64,000 bases of DNA, taken from positions 179,552,001-179,616,000 of the forward strand of contig OZ038378.1 of NCBI GenBank assembly GCA_964036045.1, in the 5' to 3' direction. Both the position numbers and the translations under genes were made by a program. Below, one piece after another: positions 63,754 through 64,000 of the stretch. Numbering within the stretch: the first letter of the stretch is position 1; the number at the start of each line of letters is the position of its first letter. This stretch comes from Eutreptiella sp. 'Long Island Sound 2002'. Lineage: Eukaryota > Protista > Euglenida. The notes beneath the pieces were generated by a model. It had not been told where the DNA came from and did not search any database. It saw only the letters and a list, made by a program, of their open reading frames with translations.

Positions 63754-64000
63754 GGTGATATTCACCCAAGTGCCCCGCTACAGCGCACCGATGGTTTGTA
63801 TATATGCCTTGAAAAAAATGACCCCCCCCCCCCATGTTTCCTGCTTCAATGCTTCAACCCCCCGGCACCTGCTGTTACCACACAACCGCTTCGGTCTCTC
63901 ACTGCACACGCGCGCACGCTCACTCGCCTCGCCAAGCCAAGGCATGGCTAGTATGGCATGGCATGGTTTAGTATGGCGTTCGTTCTGGTTGTCACCGCTG

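Overview
Repeat-rich eukaryotic nuclear DNA: long GT-AG introns, abundant poly-C/poly-G runs, (CA)n microsatellites and many small TIR elements. The architecture resembles a euglenozoan (probably euglenid) genome; this is an unverified inference. I reconstructed two spliced plus-strand genes by hand, with every intron phase consistent. (1) A ~29 kb, 9-exon gene (4271-~33576, ~3,940 aa; last exon tentative) for a giant polycystin-1/REJ-like receptor: signal peptide, ~2,340-aa Thr/Ser/Pro mucin-like stalk in one 7-kb exon, REJ-like region, GPS motif (HL|T), ~5 TM helices, a beta-helix/DUF1565-like module inserted in the TM3-TM4 loop, and no visible PLAT or channel domain. (2) A 4-exon nucleotide-diphospho-sugar transferase (PF03407/GT77-like, 42232-51586, 384 aa) with a C-terminal hydrophobic anchor. 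An orphan coding exon lies at ~61.7-62.25 kb. Introns and intergenic DNA carry a decayed non-LTR retrotransposon with an inverted RT fragment, a family of TA-flanked CCCCCCTTGC-TIR elements carrying Lys-Pro-Ala coding tracts, an hAT-like remnant, several MITEs (one holding a tRNA-like Pol III cassette), a cluster of 22-bp palindromes and several satellites. No rRNA, intact tRNA or CRISPR array was recognised.
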